From: an uncultured bacterium
Lineage (GTDB): Bacteria; Chloroflexota; UBA5177; JANWHV01
Reading direction: 5' to 3'
NCBI GenBank assembly: GCA_963729625.1
Contig: CAVSOU010000010.1
Coordinates: 480,001 to 544,000 of the forward strand
DNA length: 64,000 nt
Positions within the stretch are counted from its first letter, which is position 1, and each line of letters begins with the position of its first letter. This document shows positions 41,668-51,614 of this stretch, in pieces. Below the pieces are notes generated by a model. It ran no database searches. It was given only the letters and a program-made list of their open reading frames with translations, and had not been told where the DNA came from. The position numbers and the translations under genes are program-made.

Positions 41668-43278
41668 TCAGCGCGGTCGCGCCACCTCAGCCCGCACGGG
41701 ATGTCCGCGGAGAGCTGCGCGGTTAAGGGCATCGACCACTCGTCGCGCCACGTCCTGCGGCACCTCGACAAATGTGTAGGTGTCGTACAGGTCAATGGCG
41801 CCAATGGTGCGGCCCGGGATACCGGCCTCTCCTGCGATCGCCCCCACGATGTCGGCAGGCCGCACGCCCTCATTGCGTCCCACGTTCAGGAATAGCCGAC
41901 TCATGCCTGGTTCTGTGACATCGGAGCCGGGATCTACCGGCCCTTTCTTCAGTTCGGCGCGTCGATCGAAGCCCGCAAGTTGCTTCAGAGCGGCAGCGGC
42001 AATATCCATCGCATCGTAGTCTTCACAAAGGGTCTCAGCGGCATCGCGATAGGCTTCGAGTCCACCTTCGTCGAGGGCGGTACGCACTTGCTCGATGAGC
42101 ATGGCGCGGCGCCGCGCTTCGACATCCGATTGGGTGGGTAGCCGGCCGGCGCGAATGCGCTTCCCGATAAGGTGCTCGATCAGCTTGAGTTGGCGATACT
42201 CGCGCGGCGAAATGAGCGTGATCGCGGAGCCCTCGCGCCCGGCCCGCCCAGTCCGGCCGATGCGATGTACGTACGATTCGGGATCCCATGGAATGTGGTA
42301 GTTGACCACATGGCTCACTTGTGGAATGTCGAGACCGCGCGCGGCGACATCCGTGGCGACCAGTATCTCTGTCTTGCTATCGCGAAACGCGCGCATTACG
42401 CGGTCACGTTGAACTTGGTTCAAATCGCCGTGAATGGCTTCAGCCTTGTAGCCGCGACCCTGCAGACTCTCTACCAGCTCGTCGACATCGCTCTTGCGAG
42501 CACAAAAGATGATGGCCGAGGCGGGAGTCTCCACATCGAGGATACGGCACAGGGCGTCGAGCTTCGCGCGCTGTGGCACCTCAAAATACGTCTGATTGAT
42601 CAGCGGCACCGTCAACGTCTCCCGCTCGACGGCGATATTCACAGCACGGCGAAGGTAGCGACGGGAAAGGTCCCGAATGCGCGGAGGAATGGTAGCGGAG
42701 AACAGTGCAGTTTGGCGCTCGGAAGGAAGCTGCTCGAGGATAAACTCGATATCTTCGAGAAATCCCATATTCAGCATCTCGTCGGCTTCGTCGAGAATAA
42801 GGATCTTCACCGCGTCGAGACGGAGTGTCTCGCGCCGGATATGGTCCATGATCCGCCCAGGAGTGCCGACAACAATGTGCGCGCCCAACTCGAGGCCACG
42901 AAGCTGGCGAACGATTGGCTGACCACCGTAGATTGGCAGCACGGTAACCTGCCTGCACCGGCCGAGCAGATGCGTCGCCTGGGCGACTTGAATGGCGAGC
43001 TCCCGCGTCGGCAGCAAGATAAGGGCCTGGACAGTGTTGGTCGACGTATCGATCATCTGCACTATAGGAAGTGCGAATGCAGCCGTCTTGCCGGTTCCCG
43101 TCTGCGCTTGGGCAACCACATCCTGGCCTTTGAGCATTGCCGGGATGGTGCGCGCCTGTATTGGCGTCGGCTCCTCAAAGCCAACCTCAGAGACGGCCAG
43201 CAGGATATCCTCTTGGAGACCCAGCTGCTCAAACGAACTGCGTTCAGGCTGCACCTCTTGTGCTTGTTCAACGGTCAT
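41668..43278 (-). CDS. deaD: DEAD-box RNA helicase with DbpA-type C-terminal RNA-binding domain (DeaD/CshA)
   Basis: Q motif, AQTGTGKT, PTRELA, DEAD, SAT, ARGLD, HRIGRTGR. Confidence 0.93.
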   Translation of the reverse strand: MTVEQAQEVQPERSSFEQLGLQEDILLAVSEVGFEEPTPIQARTIPAMLKGQDVVAQAQTGTGKTAAFALPIVQMIDTSTNTVQALILLPTRELAIQVAQATHLLGRCRQVTVLPIYGGQPIVRQLRGLELGAHIVVGTPGRIMDHIRRETLRLDAVKILILDEADEMLNMGFLEDIEFILEQLPSERQTALFSATIPPRIRDLSRRYLRRAVNIAVERETLTVPLINQTYFEVPQRAKLDALCRILDVETPASAIIFCARKSDVDELVESLQGRGYKAEAIHGDLNQVQRDRVMRAFRDSKTEILVATDVAARGLDIPQVSHVVNYHIPWDPESYVHRIGRTGRAGREGSAITLISPREYRQLKLIEHLIGKRIRAGRLPTQSDVEARRRAMLIEQVRTALDEGGLEAYRDAAETLCEDYDAMDIAAAALKQLAGFDRRAELKKGPVDPGSDVTEPGMSRLFLNVGRNEGVRPADIVGAIAGEAGIPGRTIGAIDLYDTYTFVEVPQDVARRVVDALNRAALRGHPVRAEVARPR

Positions 43279-43456
43279 GCGGCGAAAGGTTCCTTCGAGG
43301 CTTCGCGGCCATATTGCGCCGCGCACAGCCAACTATCATGCAATCAATACTGAATGATAGTACCAGAAACACCCTTCCCGCTGCTGTTCGCTGCCGTCAC
43401 TGGCCACTGGACTGATGCCACGGCGACCCGGATGGAGATCCCAATATCGCTTGTCC

Positions 43457-44213
43457 TTAGCTGGGTGCTCGCGTGCCCCAGAGGGCGATCGGCTGCACGG
43501 CCGCATACGCTCGAACTGTTGTCACGCCGCCGGCAGGAGGAGGCAGGAAAGTCAGCCCTACCACTGTCGGTCGCGACGTATCAACCAAGATGTAGCCGGT
43601 GATCATCGAAAACATCGACGTCGCAGTGACGACCGTGCCTGCGGGGTTGGGGCAGTTGTTCTCATTGAGGCATACGAGCTGCCGGCCGGTCAGGCGCCTG
43701 CAGGCGCCCGCGCACTTGGGTGACACACGGCCGTAATCGATACGTCCGGTAACCACAACGTACATCGGTAGACCAGCATGAGCCGGATCCTGTACGAACG
43801 TGCCGGTCGCCGTCAGGACCGTCGTATTGGTGAGCCAGGGAAAAGCAATCGCCTGCGAGCGACCGGGTGGAACTGGGATGGCTACCTGCGGCAAAACAGC
43901 ATGGATGTTGAACGACCCCGTGGTTGTACCGGCGCAACCTGAGTATCCCGACAGAGTCAGTGAGCCGCGGAGACCGAGCAGACTCCCAGCCTGCACGATC
44001 GCCGCCCGATGCGCCAGTATTCCCAGGCAATGGAGTGGCAACCGGTGTCGGCTCGGCGCCTACGGCATAGGAGGCCGGTGCAGGGCAGTCGACAGCACTG
44101 CCCGCGCTAAGGGACCTGGCCAGAGCCGCCGAGTCGGGCACGGGCGTCATCGCAACGGCAACCACAAAGAGCAGAGCAAACACGGCCATGGATGTCACTT
44201 TCCTTGCAGCCAC
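43457..44213 (-). pseudogene. Secreted Cys-containing hypothetical protein split by a 1-nt frameshift near 44006
   Basis: Signal-peptide ORF (GGAGG RBS) overlaps a beta-rich ORF in the next frame; removing one C of CCC 44005-44007 fuses them into about 251 aa. Confidence 0.55.
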
Positions 44214-44310
44214 GATGTCACCTCCCTCAGTTGGGATCGGTCACTTGCACTACCTTCACGGTACGGCTCCCTCAATGAAGCGGACATGAATCCCGGATGC
44301 GTGCCCGCGC

Positions 44311-45126
44311 TCACTGTTCACGGCGGCGCAGCTCACGGGCAGCATGCTCGAACACCGTCGTCAGCAGTCGCGTCTCATCCGCGCGAGGCACTGCCCGCAA
44401 GAATAGGGCTCGCATCTTCGACATAGTCACCTTGGTCCTGCCCTCGATGGGAGGATCGTAGAGCGCGGTAATCAGCTGATTGACTGCGTTGAACAACGCA
44501 TCGAGGTCGCTCGTCACCGCGACTGTGCCTGCGACCCGCTCTATCAACGCAGCCGGAACAACGTTCGCGCCTGATGGAGCAGGCGCGTCGGGGCCCATGC
44601 CGACGAATATCTCGTACGCGACTATCGCAACGGCCTGAGCCAGGTTAAGCGATGCATCATGCGGTGTCGCTGGTATCGTTACAATTGCGTGGCACCGATC
44701 GAGAGCCGTGTTCGACAGGCCGAAATCTTCTGGGCCGAACAGTATCGCCGCGATCGCCTGGGAACTCTCACCCGCATCTCCAACGTGGGCGAGCACGGGC
44801 GAAAGCACGTCTGCCACCTGACGGGGACACAAGACAGGCCGATTGAGGGCGCGCTCGCGACGCGTAGCGCCAAGCACGAGCGCGCAGTCAGCCAGTGAAA
44901 GCGCCAGAGACGGGTACCGTTCGACGCGGGCGGCCACGGATTCGCCGCGGCGCGCGAATCTGAGGACTTTGTCCTGGTCGAAAGCGGCCGGCTCGACCAG
45001 GCGGAGTCGCGAAAACCCGAAGTTGCCCAGCAGCCGGACGACCGCGCCGACATTGGCCAGTTCCTTTGGCCGGTCGAGCACGAACACAATCCGGTCCAGG
45101 AGCGTGTTGCCGGTGGCGGAATCCAT
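44311..45126 (-). CDS. trmJ: TrmJ/LasT-family SPOUT tRNA/rRNA methyltransferase
   Basis: VL.RP....NVG...R...NFG, LFGPE..GLSN, SLNLAQAV...YE. Confidence 0.85.
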   Translation of the reverse strand: MDSATGNTLLDRIVFVLDRPKELANVGAVVRLLGNFGFSRLRLVEPAAFDQDKVLRFARRGESVAARVERYPSLALSLADCALVLGATRRERALNRPVLCPRQVADVLSPVLAHVGDAGESSQAIAAILFGPEDFGLSNTALDRCHAIVTIPATPHDASLNLAQAVAIVAYEIFVGMGPDAPAPSGANVVPAALIERVAGTVAVTSDLDALFNAVNQLITALYDPPIEGRTKVTMSKMRALFLRAVPRADETRLLTTVFEHAARELRRREQ

Positions 45127-45290
45127 GCGCACAGTGTACTGCTTGGAACGAGTCCAAGTGCCGGGCGGACGAGGGAACATCGACCACTAGCTCGTCGGCC
45201 TGGATATAGGCGGGATCGCACGCTGAGAAAACCGCCGCGAAGAAGCCCTTGCAGCTCCTTCAGCCAGGGCGCGGCTAACAGATCGACGTA

Positions 45291-45509
45291 TCAGGCAAGC
45301 ACAGCCATCGGCAGGCATTGCATGGATACCGCGGAGCTTTCCGGGACCAAGCGGCCGTCGCGCTCTGCCCGAGCGACTGCTCTGCAACGCGTGCATCTGG
45401 CTTGCAGATAGTCAAAGCCCTCATACGTAACGATCTCCCAAGGGCCCATATCGTGCCCTTGCGCGCTGCATCGGCGCATTATGCCGCTCAGCCCGTCCTG
45501 AAAATTCAT
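45291..45509 (-). CDS. Small hypothetical protein with C..H..CxxC..C motif (72 aa)
   Basis: GGGAGGT RBS before ATG 45509; CSAQGH...W...CTRC...C. Confidence 0.6.
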   Translation of the reverse strand: MNFQDGLSGIMRRCSAQGHDMGPWEIVTYEGFDYLQARCTRCRAVARAERDGRLVPESSAVSMQCLPMAVLA

Positions 45510-45790
45510 ATACCACCTCCCGGTGCAGAAACCATTCGATGAGAGAGCCAAAAAGCACTGAGCCGAACGACACTCAAGTAGTCAGCCCTGGGTTCGTCGA
45601 TAATTGTACTACCTGCCTCCACCGGAAGATAGGCTGCACGTGCACTGGCACACTCTTCGCAACTTCAGAATGTTGCACGCCAGGAACGTCATTCCGACTT
45701 TCGCGAAAGAACTGCCGGTATGGTACCATTTTCCTGACCGGTGTCTTGCCTCACTGTTGACGAGGCTGGGGCCTGGAGCGGGGGGTAATC

Positions 45791-45955
45791 ATGTTGTTGG
45801 CCGAGGCGGTGATCGCCGAGTTGCTTGGCGCTTTGCTGATCAGCTACTCCGGAATCAAGCGCATTCGTGGCAGCGAGGGCGTTGCGTTTGCGGTTCTCCT
45901 GTGCGCACTGGTGCTGCTCTTCTTCATTCCTCTCACAGCTCACTACGTGCGCTGA
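45791..45955 (+). CDS. 54-aa two-TM small membrane protein (below ORF-track cutoff)
   Basis: MLLAEAVIAELLGALLISYSGIKRIRGSEGVAFAVLLCALVLLFFIPLTAHYVR; purine-rich RBS. Confidence 0.55.
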   Translation: MLLAEAVIAELLGALLISYSGIKRIRGSEGVAFAVLLCALVLLFFIPLTAHYVR

Positions 45956-46617
45956 CTGAGCTTCCTCGCCCTCCCGCTGCTAAACACGAATCGGCCTTCG
46001 GGCAGGACCAGGCAAGTCAATTTCCCAAAACGGTGTACGAAGGCGCCGGTATCAATACCGATCTTATTTTCCTGCACCAACGGCCCGCCAAACTGCACAG
46101 TGTGTCCAAAGACAATTATCTTCCCCCAGTCGTACATGCTGCTGAGAAACGGTTCCCGAATCCACAGCCTATCGGAGTCGGACGATTCCGAGGGTGCTTT
46201 CCCTGGCTGTATGCCGGCATGGACGAAATAGTGTGTGTCGGTCTCGTACGACGTCAGCAGGCGTCTGATCCAATCAACATAGCGATCTGAGGGCAGTGTG
46301 CTGTCAAAATCTTGCAGAGTCTTCAGTCCCCCGTTCATGAGCCAGAGACTCCAGTCGGCCTCGGAGCCATCATACGCCGTCAGGAACAAATCCTCATGGT
46401 TTCCTTTGAGGAATACGCAGGAGCACCTATGCTCAAGGTCCATGAGCAGATCAAGTACGGCCCGAGAGTCTTCCCCTCGATCGATGTAGTCGCCAAGAAA
46501 GATCAAGGTGTCGCTCGTGGTAGGGTTCAGACGTGCCAGCAAGCGGCGCAACGCGCTGACCTCGCCGTGTATGTCGCCAAACGCCAGCAGTCGCGCTACG
46601 GTCACGTCTTCCCCCAC
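45943..46617 (-). CDS. Metallophosphoesterase (PPP-like Ser/Thr protein phosphatase family)
   Basis: GDIHG, GDYIDRG, GNHE, FVHAG, FGHT, IDTG. Confidence 0.92.
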   Translation of the reverse strand: MGEDVTVARLLAFGDIHGEVSALRRLLARLNPTTSDTLIFLGDYIDRGEDSRAVLDLLMDLEHRCSCVFLKGNHEDLFLTAYDGSEADWSLWLMNGGLKTLQDFDSTLPSDRYVDWIRRLLTSYETDTHYFVHAGIQPGKAPSESSDSDRLWIREPFLSSMYDWGKIIVFGHTVQFGGPLVQENKIGIDTGAFVHRFGKLTCLVLPEGRFVFSSGRARKLSQRT

Positions 46618-47053
46618 AGTTGTTCCTCATCCCGCAGTGGTAGAGTATACTAATCCGGCATGGTTGAAGAAGCGTTATCCTCTCAATCGCCTCGCGGGCC
46701 CACAAGTCCGTTTCATACCATTTTCGCGCTTGCCTGCGATCCGTGGCCTCTGCGCTTACGGGGGGTCCTGCGAGGGATTGCGAAGCCAGCAGCTTGCAAG
46801 AGCGCCTCCATCCGCGGAACCACGTGTTGCGGCTCACCGGCCCAGGCTCTGCCGGGGTCATGTCGTGCGATCTATTGAGCCTCGGCAAAGCGCGGATTCC
46901 GCTGTATCCTGGAGTTCGGACCGGCCAACGCTATCCCGCTGCGGGCGGGCAAAGCTCAATGTCGTGTCCAAGTAGGAGGTTTGCGAAATCGGCGATGAAG
47001 GTCGTTGATGGGCCGCGCAGGCTATTTCGACCCGGAATGTTAGGCCTGTCGCT

Positions 47054-48883
47054 ATGAGCATCACGCCGAGCAGAAACTCACGTCCGGCGCGCCCGTCAAT
47101 GAGGCGCCGGCTCGCTCGACCGGATTACCGGCCGGCGCATCCTACCGCGCCACCGAATCGGATCTTCCGTCGAAACCTCGAGCGTCCAGCATTCAAGGAT
47201 CCCCGCGCTGAGCCACGGGATTACTTCATGCGATTTGGCGTGATCGTCGGCTTCCTGGCCGTACTTGGCATCGCGTTGCTCATCTTCGAGAACTATTACT
47301 CCACGCGTGTGAGTCCCCACGTCAGCGTCGACGGCATACCGATCGGTGGTGTGGCTTTGACTGAAGTCCCTGCCTACCTGCAGCAACAGATCGATAGCCG
47401 GAACAGCACACCGCTCATCCTGCACGTAGGTGATCGCACGTACGATGTCACCAATAGCCAGTTCCGCCCACACTTCGATATGGCGCCGGTCGTCGCCGAG
47501 GTTCGAGCCGAAGGTCACACCGGAAATCTGTTTACGAGTACCTGGAATCAGTTCTCGACCATGCTGTCCGGCCACGATTTTCCCCTGCAAGGAAGTCATG
47601 ACACGGGCGCAGTCCGCAAATACGTCGACCAGATTGCGAAGGACGTCAGTGTGGCGCCACAGCCCGCGCAGGTTGGCATCGCAAGCGGGCAGGTTGAGGT
47701 TGTACGCGAACCGCGTGTTGGGCGGTATCTCGACGTGGCGGCGGCGACGCACCTCTTGAATACCGAAATTGACGCGCACAGCGTGTTCAACATCACGCTT
47801 CCAGTGCAGTACCCCGCGTCACCTGTCACGCACGACATCGCGCAGCAAACCGTCGACCAGGCTCAGAGTCTGCTGAGCCAGAACGTGTTCTTCAGCTCAC
47901 TCAACAAGGTCAAGGCGTGGTATTTGACTCCGAGCCAGCTTCTGCGATTATTGACTTTCAAGCCTGAAAGCAATGGGCATGGGGTTTGGATGGTTACGAT
48001 GGGACTCGACACCAAGAAGCTTGCGGCGACCATGGCTCCAATCGCCGCCGCGGTCAATCACGCACCTATTCCGGCGTACTTCCGTTTTGTCGATGCGGCG
48101 AATGGGCAACCGGATGCCGCGGTTCCGTATCCCGACACCCCAGGCCTTGCCCTGGACGTAAACAAGGCCGCTCGGGCGATTCTAGCGTCTCCCGCGAACG
48201 GCCACGTCGCCGTCATCCCGTTCGAACACCCGCGCAGCAGCTTCACTGTGGCCAGGGCTCGGGCGCTGAATTTCGACACGTCGATGGGCACGTCGGTCGT
48301 CGACCTCCTGGGCTCATCGCGGACGCGAACAGGGAACGCCGACGTCGCGGCGAGTAAGCTCAGCAACATCCTCCTCGGTCCTGGACAATCATTGTCGGTC
48401 ACGTCCGTGATCAGTCCGGTCGTCACGGCCGCGGCCTACGCACCTGCGGAAGGTGGATTCGGCACGAAGTCCGACATCGCAGGCACGAACGGCGGGCCAA
48501 CCGCGGCGGCTTCGGCACTGTTTGAGGCTGCGTTTGCGTCCGGCCTCGCCATTACTGAGCGGACGCAATATCCGAACGTCACCGTGTTCAACGGCGTTCC
48601 TGGAGAAGATGCAGTTGTGCAAGCAAAGAATGGCGGCTCCGATCTCGTGTTCGTAAATAACACGAAGCACACCGTTCTGCTCGGTATGTCCGTGGAAGGA
48701 TCGCTCATTAAGGGATATGTCTTCAACAGCGACGTGGTGCAACGGACCACGACGGTCAATTCGGTGGTGACGCTCAACCAGGACGGAAGCATCGATGCTG
48801 ACTACAATCGGTTGTCAACTGGCGACAACGCCGGCCAGCAGCACCTGACTTCTCACTACAGCAATGTCGACGACTATCCATAA
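47054..48883 (+). CDS. Membrane-anchored PG_binding_4 plus VanW-domain protein (degenerate active site)
   Basis: N-terminal TM, V.VDGI.IGG repeat region, R..N...A..L..I.L.PG..S, GL.I.ER, G.DA.V, DL.F.NN. Confidence 0.75.
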   Translation: MSITPSRNSRPARPSMRRRLARPDYRPAHPTAPPNRIFRRNLERPAFKDPRAEPRDYFMRFGVIVGFLAVLGIALLIFENYYSTRVSPHVSVDGIPIGGVALTEVPAYLQQQIDSRNSTPLILHVGDRTYDVTNSQFRPHFDMAPVVAEVRAEGHTGNLFTSTWNQFSTMLSGHDFPLQGSHDTGAVRKYVDQIAKDVSVAPQPAQVGIASGQVEVVREPRVGRYLDVAAATHLLNTEIDAHSVFNITLPVQYPASPVTHDIAQQTVDQAQSLLSQNVFFSSLNKVKAWYLTPSQLLRLLTFKPESNGHGVWMVTMGLDTKKLAATMAPIAAAVNHAPIPAYFRFVDAANGQPDAAVPYPDTPGLALDVNKAARAILASPANGHVAVIPFEHPRSSFTVARARALNFDTSMGTSVVDLLGSSRTRTGNADVAASKLSNILLGPGQSLSVTSVISPVVTAAAYAPAEGGFGTKSDIAGTNGGPTAAASALFEAAFASGLAITERTQYPNVTVFNGVPGEDAVVQAKNGGSDLVFVNNTKHTVLLGMSVEGSLIKGYVFNSDVVQRTTTVNSVVTLNQDGSIDADYNRLSTGDNAGQQHLTSHYSNVDDYP

Positions 48884-49051
48884 GCGTTGCCATGACAGTC
48901 CGCCGTTGGCCCTGCTCCGGGAACGTCCGTCCCCGCCACTCCTCGGCCCACGCCTGTTCAGGCACCGCGCCGTATGGCGACGTTGAGCATATCTCTTCGC
49001 CGCCTCTGGGCCATGAAGGCGTGTGACTCGATTCGGTTCGTTTCTGCGAGG

Positions 49052-49085
49052 GGTAGCCTCCAGACGACGTCGTCTGGAGGCTACC
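49052..49085. repeat. Perfect 34-bp palindrome between convergent genes (possible bidirectional terminator)
   Basis: GGTAGCCTCCAGACGAC/GTCGTCTGGAGGCTACC. Confidence 0.9.
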
Positions 49086-49234
49086 TGACGTTGGCTTGAC
49101 GGAGCCGCGTAGCTGTTGCCATCCCCGCCCGCTGCGGTCTATGTGCCCCCTGCCTGACTATCTGGTGTCGAGTCGCGGCTCGCAAACTTGGCTGCAAGGC
49201 GCGATCCTCGTTGCAGCACGGACTGCTCCGTCGC

Positions 49235-49423
49235 CTAGTCGGAGCTCAGCCGCACGACCAGGCGCTCGAACGCGTCGGGGACCAGCGGCTGTGCGCGCTG
49301 TGCGCGATCGCTCCGCCGCGCCTCGCACAACAGTCGCCGCGTGTCACGTGCGGCGCCCGCATCGCGCAGCCTGTCCAGGTGCACTGCGGTTGAGACGCGG
49401 GCAAGGTAACTGGGGTCGAACAT
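49235..49423 (-). CDS. Small hypothetical Arg-rich helical protein (62 aa)
   Basis: GGAGG-acacc-ATG start; MFDPSYLAR... Confidence 0.55.
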   Translation of the reverse strand: MFDPSYLARVSTAVHLDRLRDAGAARDTRRLLCEARRSDRAQRAQPLVPDAFERLVVRLSSD

Positions 49424-49697
49424 GGTGTCCTCCAACTTGCAGTGATGTTTCAGGATTATGCGCGGGCTTGAGCCTCGGCAATCGCCGATCGCAGCGCAGG
49501 CGAGACTACACCGCGCCTCATCGCCCGGTGATCGGCTGGCCGCCGCCACGTGCCCGGTGTGATGCCATGATAGGACCCCTACCGAACCGCACGGTTCTGG
49601 GGACGCGCTCGGACGAGGACGTCCTCGTCCGAGCGCGCCGGCCATCTACGCCATCGCCACGACGTGGCCACCCGGCAGGTTCCGGCATGGCACCACT

Positions 49698-49973
49698 CTA
49701 GGCATGGCGCGGAGTCATCCGCGACCGAGACGACGAGCCTCTGTCGCGGATGAACCTCGTGGCTCGCCTGAAGCGGGCGACCAGGCCGCTCACGGTATCG
49801 CCAATCGACACGCGGCAGCGATTCGCGATGTAGCGATACTCTTCGACTGAAATCTTGCCCTGGGCGAGCTCGCGCTCAGCCACGGCCATCATCCACGCGC
49901 GATCGGCTCCCGACAAACCGGCACGGTCCTGTCGATCGAGTCGGGCGCGTTCACTATCTTGAGTCTTGAACAT
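49698..49973 (-). CDS. Small hypothetical protein with SHOCT-like motif (91 aa)
   Basis: GGAGG-aaaacc-ATG start; ELAQGKISVEEY. Confidence 0.6.
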   Translation of the reverse strand: MFKTQDSERARLDRQDRAGLSGADRAWMMAVAERELAQGKISVEEYRYIANRCRVSIGDTVSGLVARFRRATRFIRDRGSSSRSRMTPRHA

Positions 49974-50513
49974 GGTTTTCCTCCCATATGTGCCGGAAGT
50001 CGCGAGGTGACGCATATCGCGGCACGCAGGCGAGCCGGCACTTCGGTAATTCGTTTAGTCGTATCCGGAGCGCGCTGTAGGCGCAACGCGCCGCTTGGCC
50101 GGCCTTGGGCCGTCCGTCGGATACCAACCTGTACTCCACGGCGCGTTCCATAGCGCAAGCTCGAGTACGTCAAACACTGGCATGCTGGAGCATAGGCACT
50201 TGAGTCGCCGCCATGGCGCAGTACCTACGGGTGGCAGCATTTCGATAGGTCCTCGTCATCGAGGCCATCGTTCACTGTTCCCATCTCGAACGTAGCACAA
50301 ACTTGAGTTCTTGGGGCCCTTGTGCCTGTAAAATGCGCAACGTCGAGGTGTCGAGCGCCAATTTTCTCCAGCCATCCGAGCTCGTGCTGCTCGCCGGCGC
50401 CCGTCGTTGGCCAGAGAAGCACATGTCCGCGACTGCAAGACATCCCGGTTCGCTGGATCGCACGCGCCGTAGGCTCTACAATCAAGGGCCAGGGAGACGG
50501 TGCCGGACACAAC

Positions 50514-51368
50514 TCAGGTCGCGCCGCTTAAGGCCGCCAGAAACGGCCCTTGCGCAAGCACGCTCACAGGCACGTCCACCGATCCGAGGCCGATCCCCGG
50601 CTTGTTCGCGCCGTGAAAGTCGCTCCCCCCGCACCACCAGAGCCCGTACCTGTCGGCCAGGGCGCCGAGCAAGGCAATGTCGTCAGCGCTATGTCCAGAA
50701 TAGTAGACCTCGAGGCCTGTAACGCCATCGGCGATCAGCGCCGGTATCAATGTGTCAAGGGTAGGTCGAGTTGCGCCGCGCAGAGGATGAGCCAGGCCTA
50801 CCTGACCACCGGCCTCGCGTACCAGCGCGACCGCTTGGGCTGGGCTGAACTGCGGCGACGGAACATACGCGGGCCGATCTGCCCCAATCCAACACCTGAA
50901 TGCGTCCCTCACGCTTGCGGCATAGCCTCTGTCGATCAACGCTCGCGCAATGTGCGGCCTGCCAATAGCGCCGGAGGTCTGGCGCGCGACGTCATCCCAT
51001 GACAGCGAGATGCCCTGACCGGCCAGCCTCTGCACGATCAAGCGCGCCCGAACAGCCCGCCGCTCGATTCGGCAGGCCAGCGGAAGGCGAAGCGCGGGAG
51101 ATTGGTAGTCGAAGCCATATGCCAGAAGGTGCACGCTACGGCCATCGAGTTTGGCACTGAGCTCGAGGCCGGAAACGACACACAGGCCCTTGCCACGCGC
51201 GGCAATCCGCGCGCGCTCGATTGCTTCCACCGTGTCGTGGTCCGTGATGCCAATGACTGAGACGCGTCGTGACGCCGCCTCCTGGACCAGCTCCTCCGGC
51301 GACAATGTGCCGTCCGATGCCGTCGTGTGTGTGTGGAGGTCGATGCGTGCCGGTGACCCTGCAGTCAC
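50514..51368 (-). CDS. PHP-domain phosphoesterase (TrpH/YciV-like)
   Basis: DLHTHT..SDG, ITDHD, GRPHIA, LAHP, GGSDFHG. Confidence 0.92.
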   Translation of the reverse strand: MTAGSPARIDLHTHTTASDGTLSPEELVQEAASRRVSVIGITDHDTVEAIERARIAARGKGLCVVSGLELSAKLDGRSVHLLAYGFDYQSPALRLPLACRIERRAVRARLIVQRLAGQGISLSWDDVARQTSGAIGRPHIARALIDRGYAASVRDAFRCWIGADRPAYVPSPQFSPAQAVALVREAGGQVGLAHPLRGATRPTLDTLIPALIADGVTGLEVYYSGHSADDIALLGALADRYGLWWCGGSDFHGANKPGIGLGSVDVPVSVLAQGPFLAALSGAT

Positions 51369-51614
51369 GCGAAGCTGCCTTGTTCTGATCGTTGGCGAGG
51401 TCGTTCGGCGCCGGCCGTGTGCCTGAATTCGTGGAAGGTCACTGCTTCGATTCGCCCGTCGCACAAGAGAACCCACAGTCGAGCAGGCTCGACGCTCGAT
51501 CGACGACGACGACCCGACACGTCAAACGACGCCATTCATGCGTGCTCCAACCCGATCGCGGTTTACGTACATGTTGTACTCGCCACGCCTCGAACCAACA
51601 AGGCCAGCGACTAT

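Noticed and set aside
45689-45943. 84-aa minus-strand ORF
   Set aside because: Better explained as the antisense shadow of the 54-aa membrane protein gene on the plus strand
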